From assembly GCA_964658305.1 (NCBI GenBank), contig OZ210885.1, positions 2,914,001-2,978,000 of the forward strand: 64,000 bases of DNA, read 5' to 3'. The DNA comes from Leptogorgia sarmentosa. Its lineage: Eukaryota. Positions within the stretch are counted from its first letter, which is position 1; each line of letters starts with the position of its first letter. Positions 38,311 through 53,409 of the stretch are shown piece by piece. The translations under genes were made by a program, and so were the position numbers. The notes under the pieces are model-generated. The model was given only the letters and a program-made list of their open reading frames with translations, made no database searches and was not told the DNA's origin.

Positions 38311-39645
38311 AGATATATTATACCGAAAATTTTTCATCTTCGACACATTCTGTGTTTTGTCGGCCATGTTGCCAAGGAAATTGCCCGCAAAACAGGCCAG
38401 GCAGGAGGTCAAAATCCAAGTAGAGGGGAATATAAAGTGGAATTACCCTCCCAAGGTCAAATCGAGGGAAATACCGTAAAAAATCACACTATCACGTGGT
38501 ACAAATGCTGTTTTTTCATTGGACAATTTGAATTTGAGGTATAATATTATATAATAATATATATATCTGGAACGATAACATTCAGTCATTCAATGCGAAA
38601 AACGTGAAGCCTCGGTACTAGTCTTTTACGCGGTTTGGACGTCAGCCTCAGTCCCTCAAACGTCAAGTTTACGCGGTTTGGACGTCAGTTTCATTCCCCC
38701 TCTGCAAACCGTTACGCGGCCAGTATAAATGCGAACGCAATCAAGAAAAAAACATTTAAAAAATATCGCCAACGCAATGCAATACATTGTAGGAACAAAC
38801 TGTTTTGCTCCTAAAATTTATCGCATTGCGTTCGCTGTCAGAAAATGAAAGATAACCGATTCAGACGGTTTTTCTTTGTAAACCATAGCAGTATTTATTA
38901 GTATATAAATATTATAAGGTTGGCAAGTAAACAATAATGTGACTTACTACGGCTTACTAAAACAAGTCGAAAAAATCAACGTCTTGCCAACAAACGTCGC
39001 TAAAAAATAGCAGCCCCTACTTCTAGGATAGTGTTACTAAATACATACAACGTTGAACGTTTTTTGGCAACAAAACGAGTGAAAAAGTCGAAAAAATACG
39101 AAAAATTTCTTTCAATTTGCCGTGTCTCGAAGCTGGATGCCTTCTGACATCGCTGACGCGATCTTTTGTCGGTTTATTTATAACGAAGACAATGACGAAG
39201 ACAATGACGAAGACAATGACGAACACTTCTGTCGTGATACTTTTGTTGGCTTCACTTTTCGCTCTATGTTATCGTTCCAGATATAATATATAGAGTTCAC
39301 TGATAATCCCCTGCTTGATTTGGCCGCCATTTTGGGTCAATGTGCATCGTAGGCACTGAGCTATAAGAAGACTGGAGAGAGTGCACGCACTTTTTTTCAG
39401 ATAAAAGAGTGAAGCCAAAATAATGGCGTGGATTCATGTGATTCGTCATCATTCCATGACAGCACTTGCTCCGTCCTCATGGTATTTACCACTGACCAGG
39501 CTCAAATCTGAGCCCACTGCCGTTTTCACACCCCTGTCTGCGAGACTGCGTGCGCAGATACAAAAATATGGTTTGATTCCTCCACCCTCAAAAAATTGTA
39601 CTGTTCCCCAGAATTAAGACAATCGGAAGAAAGGACAGACACCAG

Positions 39646-39889
39646 GGGCCGGTTGTATCAAAGGCGTCAAGCTTAAGCGCTGGATAAGTCGAAAATATCC
39701 AACGAAATTATGAAGTATTGACTACAAGGAAACTAAACTTTTCTGTGTAAACATAACAACTATGCATAGAGATAGAACTACACATTTAGTTGATAAAATT
39801 TAAATTCAATTATTTACAAAATGAATAGAAGTGTTTTTAAAATTTTGCTTATCCACCGTTTAAGCTAAACGTCTTTGGTACAACCGGGC
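39646..39889. mobile_element. MITE with ~40-bp imperfect TIRs (copies in units 2 and 3)
   Basis: GCCGGTTGTATCAAAG...GGATAAG / CTTATCC...CTTTGGTACAACCGG. Confidence 0.65.
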
Positions 39890-41039
39890 AGAACGCGAGC
39901 ACATGGATTATGGAAATCGATGAGCAAAAACATGCGCGCGCAGCACAAATTATTGTTCGACCGCACCCCTCATTTTCTAAAATGACCTGGAGGTTGCGAA
40001 ATCCCCCCGGAATTATCATCCGGACAGAAACAAATCGAGATTTCGACTATACATAGTACCGCGCAAAAGACTGGGTCGAGTGAACTCTGGGAAATCCTTG
40101 TGACGTCAAGAATAGTGTGCTGACTCGCTGGCGCTCGGCAGCAATGAAACTGAAAACGTATTGTGACTTGTCAAGGACTACAGTTTACGGAGGCAAACAT
40201 TCTCGACAGTTCCACTGGTTGCCTCCGGATTCTTTCGTCTTCCGGTTTCTGTGAAAAGAGTTCATCAACATATTTACTTACTTAGCATTTTGATAAAGAA
40301 ATGTATCTTCAAAAACGTGTTAATTTGATAATATAGTTCCAAGCAACACAACCTTCACAACCTAACCTATATCAACTGATTTCATTGTTATCTCATACCG
40401 GGTAACTATTGAAATCCGCTAGTTTGTCAGAGCCGCCGCGCTCTTTTCCTTTTAAACTGATGGAAAACTATCACATCACACTAGTTTGAACTTTGCCTGA
40501 TTTACATGCATGTTTTAAAGACATGCATGAGTGTTGGTTAGACTATTCTGCCTTAACTTAAGTCATGACAAACGATCGATTTTTCTTCACGTTTAATCTC
40601 TCTTTTAAAAGCAAAACGAATCTATCTTTTAATACGACGCCCGAAAAAATAGTCCCCGCCCCTTATACCAATGTCAAATATTCACTTCCGGTTATCCGTG
40701 ATTGTAGTAAATGAATGACGTATCATTGACATTTGAGAACACTACCATATTAGGATGCATGCAAGGATGATAGACACTAAGGCACTAGTTACAGTGATAG
40801 ATGTATTCTGGAGTAAAGCTTTGTGGTTAAATAATAAATATAAATAACGTAAAGGATATAATTATATTACAGTGATTTAAAATATTATATAAAAAATATC
40901 AATTTTTACATCCTTTACAACGAGTATTATTATAAGAACCAGGCAATGGATGAGCTATTATAAAGCTATATATACATTTTACTTGTTTTTAAATCTACCA
41001 CTCGCATATCACGGGCTGGAAACCGTGGTATTTGAAATT

Positions 41040-44000
41040 CAAAGAAATTCAAAAATTCGGTGCATCTCAATTCACGAGACTCAGTACGAAGGTCAAGACA
41101 TAATTGCTCGTTTTTTTTTACCCCATTCTTTTTTTTAAAGGTAGGCGTGCTCTACTCTTCTTAGTGTTTCCCGTAGAAATATATAATTTGTAACCCTTCT
41201 CGGACAAATATATTTTGCCAAGGCAAAAAAATTGTCCTGAGCACATGATGCGGGACATCGTATTGGCGCAGATGGTGTTGCTTGGTAGGGCTCCTGAGAA
41301 GTGGAGAAGAAAATGTTATTAAAATTACTTTTCAATCAATCACATTACTCACCAAAATATCATATATTCACATTTTTGAATTGCTAAATTTGAACTCACC
41401 TTTTGTTCTTCTCCAGTTTGTCCTTTGGAATTTTCCATGTTTTCCACTGGTCGCCTCCGGTTTTGTTCTTCATATCTGTAAAGAGAGTTCATCGAAATAT
41501 TTATTACTTGGCATTTTGATAAACACATTTATCTTCAAAACACAACCCTCACAAATAAAGCAACCTTCCAAACTATCAACCGATTTATTGTACATATCGC
41601 ATACCGGGTAATGATTGAAATCTATATTTAATGTACAGACTGCGTGCACGATAGTTAATGATTTAAGAAAACAAACTGACTGCTCATTACAATTTAGTGA
41701 TTTAAAAGCAATTAATGGGATCAAACGATCAAACGATCTTCTCGCCCGTATTTACAGGTCCGTAACTCCATCATTCCTTAGCACTAGAATGAGTGACAGA
41801 TGAAAAAGAGGCCACTGAGTAAACAACTACCAAGGTGTAAACATATCACACTAGTCTATCCCATGCACTCATGATGACATCATAGCTTATAAAAGACTTC
41901 GGAAGGTAATAATGACAAGTAAAACGAAAAGAGCATAAGTTTTCAAGCAGGTGTCTCTCCCTGCTTCTTCGTCGTTTTCTTCAAAGAAGAAAAATGCCTC
42001 AGCTCATGAAATTCAAATTCATTTGGAACATAATATTTGTGGAAAAATTGTCACCAATGCCGAGACAGTTTTAAAGTCTGTTACCCTGGACCCATTGACA
42101 GACAGATCTAAATGTCGGGAAAGGAAATTAAGCATAACATGCACCCTGTAAGCCGGAAAGACCTACCCATCAGGGATATGAGGATATCATCAACTACGTG
42201 CATGCAGCAACGCTTCGCTAACATCAGTGAAAGAATGGGTCCATTTAGGCATCTATTGCAATCTACATCACATAAACATGTCAATACTAGGTAAAGTGCT
42301 GTCAGTGCGTTCTATTTGTTCCTAACAACTTGCTATTTGGAATTATTTTGTTTTTACACCTTTTATGGTCCTCTGCTCCATCCTTTACGTCAGTCCCTCT
42401 ATCTAATGCAGTCGGTTGTGCACCAATGTCTGTCGTTTCAGACAACCCTATAACACGTTCGGGAATCTAAAAACACAATTACTTTTGGTATAGTACTGAT
42501 TCTATAAAAATTCCTAAAAAATGTTGGGGTGATAGCATAAAAAAGAACAATATAACAATAATGTGCGTTTTATGATGTTTGGTATATTCTAATTTTTTAA
42601 ATTCCAATATTTTTTTGTATCCGCATAGATTTTGCGTTATGCTAACGTTTGCTTGTTTTTGCGTTAATTACATTATGATTCGTTAATATTTAAAAATGAT
42701 AAAAATACAGTCCTAAATTTACAAAAAAACATGAATTTACTGGTAAAAATATTGAATATTTATTTATTTATATGTACCTCCATATCTAAATCCACGTTGT
42801 CTTTGCGGTGCACTGGAGTTTTCTCACTCATAATTGCACCATTCTCAGAATCCCTCTCTTCGTTAGTATTTCTGTTTGTTGAATACTGAAGCTAAACGAA
42901 ATGACATTTTCAGAACACAGAATTTCATTGACATCATTTCATCGGAACCATTCTGTCGTCCTATATTTGTAAATTTTAAGATAGTCTAGAAGTTGTTTTT
43001 GAAGAAGGTCAACGAACCGCACAATGTTCAAGACAAAATCCAGTGTTTTTTTATGATTGTCAATTACACCAAACAATTAAGAAATTATTTGATGAGGTTT
43101 TTGTGATATGCGGAATTATCAAGGTCGAGGTAAGCCTTATAATCAGCCGAGCCGAATGTTTTATCATACATTTGAAGAATAATAAACAAAGTATTAACAC
43201 ATGAAAAACTTTATTTATGATATAAGCATAATAAGCATTGCATTTGTCTGTGTTAATTAAATAGATACCGCTTGCTAATCATCGCAGGCTCATTTTGCAG
43301 ACAACTCAATCATCTGCTGGCAGATAACTGGATTTTCTGTAGGTTGCGTGAAGCTCTTAGCCAATCAAATTGCTATTACCAATTACAATGTATAATAACT
43401 TAAGTTACATGCAAAATAATATACAGTTAGCATTGCATTTGTAAATACATCGATACTGTACGTACCTGCTTTAATCGTTGGTGTTTTTCAACGAGTATTT
43501 TATTTTGCTTTCTTAGCGTTGTTACCTCCTTACAGAAGATACAGAAAGATTGTCAGTAACAAATCACAAAATTCCTGCCACCCAATCAGTTATCAATGAG
43601 TTCGATTAATTGGTGCCAGTACCTAGTACGTACATTGATAAACTTCGAATTGGCTATCACTAATACCTAATGAACTAGCTCTTCCTGTTGAATGTAGTAA
43701 TTCATGCTACTGTAATTTGTTTAAGTGTGTGTCAGAAAGTCAAGGTTTATATATACTTCTTTCACCTTTTGCAAATATATAACCAAATCATGCTTTCCGA
43801 CCATGCTCCTTAACCATGATCCTCAACCATGCCCTTGATCATGTTTCCTAACTAATGCTCTTTAACTGTGCTTTAACCAAAACTTACCGGGAATAATGTT
43901 CAAGACAAAATCCAGTATATGACTGTGCGCATGTTTTTTTATGAAAATAATTAAGAAATTATTTGATGAGGTTTTTGTGATATGCGGAATTATCAAGGTC

Positions 44001-45473
44001 GAGGTAAGCCTTATCATCAGCCGAGCCGAATGTTTTATCATACATTTGAAGAATAATAAACAAAGTATTAACACATGGAAAACTTTATTTGACGTATAGG
44101 TAATAGTATGGTTTCGAGTGCAATTTGGAATTAACATGCACGAGTGAGTTTTCCAAAGTCCTCAAAATAGCACGAGTCCGAAGAACGAGTGCTATTTGAG
44201 AGTTTTGAGGTCTTTGGAAAACTCACGAGTGTATGTTATCCAAATTGCACGAGAAACCATACTCTTACTTGTTAATAGTTTGCATAAAAGTATTTGAGAC
44301 AATTGTAGTTTTAACTGTCTCAAAGCGAAATTTCACCGGCAGAGTTTTCTTGCTTAGTTTATTTCACATTTTACAGCGATAACGGTTTCAAAAATTCACC
44401 CAAACACGTAACTTTTGTTAGTCTTGTTGGAGATAAACTTTTTTCCGTCATAAGAAAAAGCTAAAAGCTATATTTTCGACTCTAATTTGATTGGTTGAAA
44501 GTGATAACAATTGCACCGTGATAACACAAAATTGCACTGTGATAACATGTGCACGAAATTTTCACACTGTGATTACACAAAATTGCACTGTGATTACAGA
44601 AAATTGCACTGTGATTACACGAAATTGCACTGTGATTACAGAAAATTGCACTGTGATTACAGAAAATTGCACTGTGATTACACGAAATTGCACTGTGATT
44701 ACACAAAATTGTACTGTGATTACAGAAAATTGCACTGTGATAACACGAAATTGCACTGTGATTACAGAAAATTGCACTGTGATTACAGAAAATTGCACTG
44801 TGATTACAAAAAATTGCACTGTGATTACAGAAAATTGCACTGTGATTTGGGATTAACTGCACTGAAATGAACCAATTGGAGTCGAGTAATACTTTTATGT
44901 ATATTAATAATGATATAATAAGCATTTGTCTGTGTTAATTAAATAGATACCGCTTGCTAATCATTGCAGGTTCATTTTGCAGACAACTCAGTCATCTGCT
45001 AGCAGATAACTGGATTTTCTGCATGTTGTGTGAAGCTCTTAGCCAATCAAATTGCTATTACCAATTACAATGTATAATAACTTAAGTTACATGCAAAATA
45101 ATACAGTTAGCATTGCATAAATTGTAAATACATCAATACTGTACGTACCTGCTTTAATCGTTGGTTTCCTTCAACGAGTATTTTATTTTGCTTTCTTAGC
45201 GTTGTTACCTCCTTACAGAAGATACAGAAAGATTGTCAGTAACAAATCACAAAATTCCTACCACCCAATCAGTTATCAATGAGTTCGATTAATTGGTGCC
45301 AGGCCTTGTTCGTAAACTTCCAATTGGCTGTGATCACTAATAGCTAATGACCAGTAATTCTTGCTACTATAATTTGCAGTAACATTGTAAAATATGTGCT
45401 GGCTAAATACACTGATGCATGTCTCCTTTAATTCTTGGTTTTCTACTGTCAGTTGCCTTTGCAACTGTTCAAC
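41040..45473 (-). pseudogene. Truncated copy of paralogue C, unit 2
   Basis: Premature stop at 41135 (HAYL*) and a ~550-bp deletion (unit-1 26328-26880) that removes the His and DNQ motifs. Confidence 0.85.
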
Positions 45474-46523
45474 CTTCAGAAGAGACAGACAGTCAGATTG
45501 TTACAAATCACAAAACCCAATCACTCATCAATGAGTTCGATTAATTGGTGTTCAATGTAGGTAATTCTTGCTACTGTGCCTTAACCAAACCTTAATCATG
45601 CTTTCATTGTGCCTTTACCATACCCTTATCCTGCCATTACCGTGCTCCTTAACTATGCTATTCAACCATGCTCATCAACCATTCTCCTTTAACCATTCTC
45701 CTTAACCATGCTTTAACTATGCCTTAATTGTACCTTAATCGTGCTGCTCAACTATGCTCCTCAACTGTGCTCTTTAACCATGCTTATGAGTTATGAAACA
45801 ACTCTCTAACAATGTTCCTTAATTTACCATGCCTTAACTGTATCCTAACCATACCTTGACCATAATTTAACCGTCCCTTAATCATGCAAAAAACGGTGTC
45901 TCAACCATACCCATACTATGCCTTATAACCATCCCTTAACCGTACCTTCTTCACCATACCTTAACCATGCCTTAACAGTACCTTAACCATACCTTAACTA
46001 TGCATAAATGAATAGAATGGGAGTGTTTGTGTTCTAGTTGGTGCGTAATGATTCGATGATATTCAGCCCTATTAATATGCAATATAGCGATTAAATTGCC
46101 AAATATTCTGTACTGTAATGGATTACATATACTGAATCTATGTATTGACTATTGACAGACTAAGATCGACGATCACAACATTCTTAGTACATAATTATAT
46201 CATTACTTACATTAACCTTTTCCAAATCCATATGTCGCAAAAGACCTCTGGCAAAAGACAATGATATCTAAATAAATACAGACATATTCAAACAATTATC
46301 TGACATTATACATCAAAACGGAAATATTAAATTCCAAAATAATAATGAACCTCCTTAAACAGATAATGTTAATGTAATACTACTCCAATTACGCACTGTA
46401 CTAACAATTCCAAAACTTCACACACAAAAATGTTTACAAATGACATTACATGGGTTTTTTTCGTTTTTTTCTTCAATACTATCTTCAATATTATTTCGAT
46501 TACTCAGCATAAAAATCAGTGAT

Positions 46524-49500
46524 CAGCGCTCTCACAACGAATTTTCAAAATTCCTTAGCGTGAGCTCCGGAATTCCTCAGATATTCCCAAAATTCCTTAA
46601 ATGACTTGTTTATCCTTGCAACTACCCCCAAAGTACCCTGCAATCCCGTTCTTTTGCCTCTTGTTTTAAAAACAAGACTCAAATAGTTTCAAAATCGTTA
46701 ATAAACACAATTTGTGAGGTACCTGAGCTTACTAAAGTATATACAAGATAAAATGGGATAGAATGAGCAGTGGCGTAGCGAAGCCATTCCGATAGGGGGG
46801 GTGTAAAGCAAAATATTTTACCGACCTAAATAGGTTTGGGCACGACAGGGCCAGATTATTTGGCGGGGAGGGCGAGTCTCACGAGACGCCACCATGGTTG
46901 GCGTCGAGCGAGAAAATTTTGTGAATTTAGAGCCTCTAGATCGCCGGAAACGGCCATTTCAGAGTGTTAACCAAAGCCTTAACACTCAGAATAGAGTCTA
47001 GAGGTCTTAGATGTAGTACAACCACAGCTTGCGAACTAATCGCACACGGACATAGACAACAGACATATACTTTTACATATTTTACTTTTCTACTCTCTCT
47101 GTGATTTAATGACATAAATTGAAAATTTACCGACCCTTTGGCTTCAAAACCGACCACAATTCATTTACCGACCATTTTCAAAAAAATTGGGGGGGTGTCA
47201 CACCCCCCACACCCCCCACACCCCCCCCCCCTCGCTACGCCCCTGAATACTACGCTGAATGTGTGCTTTACAAAGATATTTTAATTTGTGAATAAGACAG
47301 TACTCAATATATGTGCACTTGTCAATCTTTTACATTCTATATTCTCACTCAGCTTAGTGTTAGGCTATTGAAATTATGAAAATAGATCATTTTCAATACT
47401 CGCTGTTCACACAATTTGAACACAACTGATTTCAAAAGATAATTTCTTATATAATGTAGAACACGAATATGTGAATATTCTTAAATATATTGCAAAATTA
47501 GCTAAATAAATATCAAAGCACTAACTTGATTGTTGCGTTTAATATTCATATTTAATTTCTAGGTTACAGACTCAATGTGACAATTTTGATGACAAAAGTG
47601 GTGTCTGACTGGCTTGCCTGTATATTAGAATGTGTCAAAGAGCCTTGCTGTCGATCAATCAATTATAAAAAGATACTGATAGCTCAGAATGAATCGAATT
47701 GTGAAATGTTGCATAATACGGTCCACAACTCTTCTCAGAAATCTTTACAAGCAAATTTTTCTTATGACCATGTTTATCTCAGTAATCCTCAAAAGGTAAA
47801 AATAATTCACTACGCATAAAGGTACTACGATTTGTCGAGCACAATTCGGAGTCTGGCGTATGTAATCGGGTGAACACGCGCGAGAAAGTCGCATTTCAAA
47901 TTACGATTCAAACTTTACACCCAGGAATTACATGCAGAGGTCTAACTGTTGTACCCATTTTTGTGCGCATGCTCGGCAAGTTACTTGATGCGTACATCTG
48001 ATTGGATGACGACCAAATTTGAACTTGCCGAGTTGATCATTTTTTAGCCAGGCCGCATTAAAAAAGTGGGCACATGAAAATGCCACTTTTTAATATTTAG
48101 TTAGACCTCTGTCTGATATATACTCTGTGCTCTTAACGAAGTAGAATGATGGCATACGTCTTTTTTCATACGTCTGAATGCGAATTGTACCGACTAATCG
48201 TAGCGTGTAAACGTATCTTGAAAGTGCACATGTCTAAAATCTTGCACTAACAAAGTGTAAAGATCAAGATCACATAATTGAAAAACGCACCATGACCAAT
48301 GTCTCTTTGAATACTAAACGAATGTAAAAAACATTGGTTGGAAATAATTTGTTTCGTCAGATGTATTTGATAGAGTTCTAGAAAAAATCTTGAAAAATTT
48401 CAAATAAATCAACATCGTCTATAATAAGACGATGAACTTCCGTCGACTTGACGAATTCTGATTTATCATTGAGGTGATGAGTTCACATGATGCCATACAA
48501 TCGATGCCAGTCTATAGTATACTCTCGAATTATCTTTCCAGTATACAACATCACCGAACATTTTTGTTCTCCTTATTTCGCATTAAACCTGTTTCATGCG
48601 AAACAGAATCTATTCGGTTTTTAGAAATTTTATTACCAAAAAGAATAAGATTATCCAAGAATACATTATTAGTGTCCATTTATAGGAATACAATGAAAGC
48701 TGCTTTTCGAAGGTCCTAAATGGCAATATAAAAGGTAAGTGATATGCGATGATCTCTTAGAGTCCATTTTGGGTCAAAGTATTTTTACTTTTAATTAATA
48801 GCTATAATAAACAACCTTAACGATCTCAAAATTTCAAAATCATCGAAGTTTGAAATAGAGGGATATCAGGGCCTGCGCGAACGGAGGGAAAAGGGGGTAT
48901 TATCCCCCCCCCCCCCCCCAATGATATGGCATATAGTGCCCTATTAATTCTTTCCAGTATAACTTGGACATTGAGAGGACAGTAGTAAATAGTGGTATTA
49001 TCACTTATGAATTGGTGTTACGCACAGATTTCGCCGTTATAGTACCCTGCGAGCAGAGCCTTACAGTAAATACCAAGATTGGTAACAATAAAAATCAGGG
49101 CTGCCTGCAACTTCTTTCTGGGGCATGGGGCACCATCCCTCTTTCGGGGTAAGGTAATTTTATGCTCGATCGAATAACTCGATTATTGCATTTTGGGGCC
49201 CCTCAAAACATAGGTCCGGGGTAAATTGCCCATCCTCCTTAACGATGCGGTCGTGATAAAAATCAATATTGATCGCAAAACGTGTTTCGTGTGGATCAGA
49301 AACGTCAACAAAATGCGAACTGGGAACAGTAGTATATTCCAGTGCCAGGGCATTGGGCCCGTGTATGTGGTGGCTTACAAGTTCAATATTCATTTATCTC
49401 AGCTTCGTGGAGCAGAATTTAGAAGTTATAGGCGCTCAACGCTGTCTGAAATGGACATTTCCGGGTTTGTAGCAGGGATTATTCTAAGGTGCAGTGATAA

Positions 49501-51954
49501 CCAATTTGTGCAGTGATAAATGAGAATTGTGCAGTGATAAAATACATTTTGTGCAGTGAGTAAAATATGTTATCCCATGGTTATTCATCATTTATTAGAA
49601 TTTGGGAATAACTTTAAGCATATACAACAGCAATAGTTTCATAACTTTACATATTTTAGCAAAAAGCTAAATAGGAAAATAGGAAACAGTTTGATGTTCT
49701 GAATTGGGCAGTCAGACCTTTTCCAATACAACTTTATATTCACATATTTCTATATTTTGTTGTGCTTTTGTGCAGTGATAAAATTTCCTTAGAATAATCC
49801 CTGGTTTGTAGAGAATTTAAATGTTCAATGGTGGCGCCTCGAACAGAACAAAACAATTATACACACTAGAGAAATTTGGCCCCGCTAGTAAAAGTCCCTT
49901 TTCGTCTGAAAATCAGCGAAATTCATGCTGAAATTGCAGGAAGTCAAGTTTAGGGAGCTCAAAGATCAAACAAAATTTTGTTGGACCCCCTTTAACGTAG
50001 CTACATTTCTTTATTGTTTCATAATTATTTTCCTTTCCTTTCCATCCTTCCTATTTTATAATGATATTTCCACCCTTCATTAAAGTCCCTTTTCGTGTTT
50101 GCCCCACTGAACAACCTTAAAAAAGGCCCTGCAAAGAATTTTGCTTTTTATGGTGCGATACAAAACACGTGACATCAACATGTGCACTTTTTATTGAATT
50201 GTACCCCCATTATGAAAATGGACGCGCCGGCCCTGAGGGATATTATAAAATGATATTATAACATCTATTCTAAGTAAAATAATAGTAGGCAGTAATAACA
50301 TGAAGCACAGTTGAACGCAGGGATTATTCTAAGGAAATTTTATCACTGCACAAAAGCACAAAAAAATATAAAAATATGTGAATATAAAGTTGTGTTGGCA
50401 TGGAAAAGGTCTGACTGCCCAATTCAGAACATCAAACTGTTTCCTATTTTCCTATTTAGCTTTTTGCTAAAATATGTAAAGTTATGAAACTATTACTGTT
50501 GTATATGCTTAAAGTTATTCCCAAATTCTAATGAATGATGAATAACATATTTTATTCACTGCACAAAATGTATTTTATCACTGCACAATTCTCATTTATC
50601 ACTGCACAAATTGGTTATCACTGCACCTTAGAATAATCCCTGGTTGAACGATGAGCAGGTGAATTAAACCGTGTTGATTTAAACCGTCCTTTTTATTACA
50701 GCAAAAGATTGCGCTGATCTTTATAAGGAAGGTCACACAACAAATGGTGTTTATTTCATTGATCCAGACGGCAAAGGCGCATTTAAAGTAAGATGTGATA
50801 TGACGACATCAGGAGGGGGTTGGACGATCATTCAAAGACGTGTTGATGGTAGTGTAGATTTCTACCGTAACTGGAAAGATTACAAAAATGGTTTTGGTGA
50901 TCCAACAGGCGAATATTGGCTTGGTCTGGACAAAATCAACCGACTAACAAATGTCAGTACAAAAGTCATTCGATTCGACCTTTGGGACACAACAGGAAAC
51001 ACGAAGTACGCTGAATACAGCTTCTTTGCCATCGCTTCAGAAGATGCCAAATATAAATTGAGATTGGATACATATTCAGGTAACACAGTTTAAAGAACGA
51101 GACAATGGTTGACACTCAGTGGCGTAGCGAAGCCATTCCGATAGGGGGGGGTGTAAAGCAAAATATTTTACCGACCTAAATAGGTTTGGGCACGACAGGG
51201 CCAGATTATTTGGCGGGGAGGGCGAGTCTCACGAGACGCCACCATGGTTGGCGTCGAGCGAGAAAATTTTGTGAATTTAGAGCCTCTAGATCGCCGGAAA
51301 CGGCCATTTCAGAGTGTTAACCAAAGCCTTAACACTCAGAATAGAGTCTAGAGGTCTTAGATGTAGTACAACCACAGCTTGCGAACTAATCGCACACGGA
51401 CATAGACAACAGACATATACTTTTACATATTTTACTTTTCTACTCTCTCTGTGATTTAATGACATAAATTGAAAATTTACCGACCCTTTGGCTTCAAAAC
51501 CGACCACAATTCATTTACCGACCATTTTCAAAAAAATAGGGGGGGTGTCACACCCCCCACACCCCCCCCCCTCGCTACGCCCCTGAGAATGAGCGACTTA
51601 TCATCTCCTGAGCCGGACCGGAAGCGCACATTCGCGCAATTTATCAGAAACTATAATTATGTAAATTAACTATAATCACCATTTCTTAAATTTTAGTTTG
51701 CTGTGACATGTGTTTCACAGGCATTTTACCACTAAGATAAAGAATTACCTTATTATTAATTAGTAATTCTTTAGCTCAGGGCATTTTACCAAAGGCTTTT
51801 CTCACTGAGCTAAAGAATTACTGGAGAGAGTGGCTTTTCTCGAAATATTAAAATTCCTTAGAAAATTCCTTAAAAATTGAACTCCTTAAAAAAATCCTTA
51901 AAACTTTGCTAAATTCCTATTTCTGAGGAAAAATCCTTAGAAGTGAGAGCACTG
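46524..51954. mobile_element. Loaded hAT MITE, unit 2; composite element 46768-51585 (MITEs 46768-47245 and 51117-51585)
   Basis: Same TIRs and TSDs (TCAGTGAT, AGAATGAG) as in unit 1. Confidence 0.93.
47563..51079 (+). pseudogene. Captured PAN + FReD exons, unit 2 (47563-47795, 48686-48734, 50702-51079)
   Basis: Translations identical to unit 1. Confidence 0.88.
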
Positions 51955-52804
51955 TCAGTGATAAAAATATATATTCAAGCAGCTGGGAAAATTGAGGAAA
52001 ATTGAGGTGGAAAATTGCTGGAAAATTGAGGAAATTGCAACAGCTGGGAAATTTGTGGCGCATGCGCTAGATTTGGCTTGCGTGGAATCCCACGAATAAT
52101 GAACTCGCGCGCGAATTTCGAATGTCGTGGAAGCATAACAATAAGAAATTCCTATTCAAACTAATTAAATATCCATGATCCCGATGACGTCATTAGCAGT
52201 ATATAATCCCCAGTGAACTCTTATCAGTTATCGACCTGGAACGAGGGGTATTCCACAAAAAAATACCCCGAGGAATGAAATATTCCGAGGGCGCAGCCCG
52301 AGGAATATTTCATTCCGAGGGGTATTTTTTTGTGGAATACCCCGAGTGAAAGGTCGATAACAGATATATTATACCGAAAATTTTTCATCTTCGACACATT
52401 CTGTGTTTTGTCGGCCATGTTGCCAAGGAAATTGCCCGCAAAACAGGCCAGGCAGGAGGTCAAAATCCAAGTAGAGGGGAATATAAAGTGGAATTACCCT
52501 CCCAAGGTCAAATCGAGGGAAATACCGTAAAAAATCACACTATCACGTGGTACAAATGCTGTTTTTTCATTGGACAATTTGAATTTGAGGTATAATATTA
52601 TATAATAATATATATATCTGGAACGATAACATTCAGTCATTCAATGCGAAAAACGTGAAGCCTCGGTACTAGTCTTTTACGCGGTTTGGACGTCAGCCTC
52701 AGTCCCTCAAACGTCAAGTTTACGCGGTTTGGACGTCAGTTTCATTCCCCCTCTGCAAACCGTTACGCGGCCAGTATAAATGCGAACGCAATCAAGAAAA
52801 AAAC

Positions 52805-53409
52805 CAGTGCTCTCACTTCTAAGGATTTTTCCTCAGAAATAGGAATTTAGCAAAGTTTTAAGGATTTTTTTAAGGAGTTCAATTTTTAAGGAATTTTCTA
52901 AGGAATTTTAATATTTCGAGAAAAGCCACTCTCTCCAGTAATTCTTTAGCTCAGTGAGAAAAGCCTTTGGTAAAATGCCCTGAGCTAAAGAATTACTAAT
53001 TAATAATAAGGTAATTCTTTATCTTAGTGGTAAAATGCCTGTGAAACACATGTCACAGCAAACTAAAATTTAAAAAATGGTGATTATAGTTAATTTACAT
53101 AATTATAGTTTCTGATAAATTGCGCGAATGTGCGCTTCCGGTCCGGCTCAGGAGATGATAAGTCGCTCATTCTATCCCATTTTATCTTGTATATACTTTA
53201 GTAAGCTCAGGTACCTCACAAATTGTGTTTATTAACGATTTTGAAACTATTTGAGTCTTGTTTTTAAAACAAGAGGCAAAAGAACGGGATTGCAGGGTAC
53301 TTTGGGGGTAGTTGCAAGGATAAACAAGTCATTTAAGGAATTTTGGGAATATCTGAGGAATTCCGGAGCTCACGCTAAGGAATTTTGAAAATTCGTTGTG
53401 AGAGCGCTG
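52805..53409 (-). mobile_element. Empty 605-bp copy of the CAGYGCTCTCAC MITE, inserted only in unit 2
   Basis: TSD AAAAAAAC (52797-52804, 53410-53417). Single internal AGAATGAG site. Units 1 and 3 show the empty target (~38750, ~61910). Confidence 0.95.
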
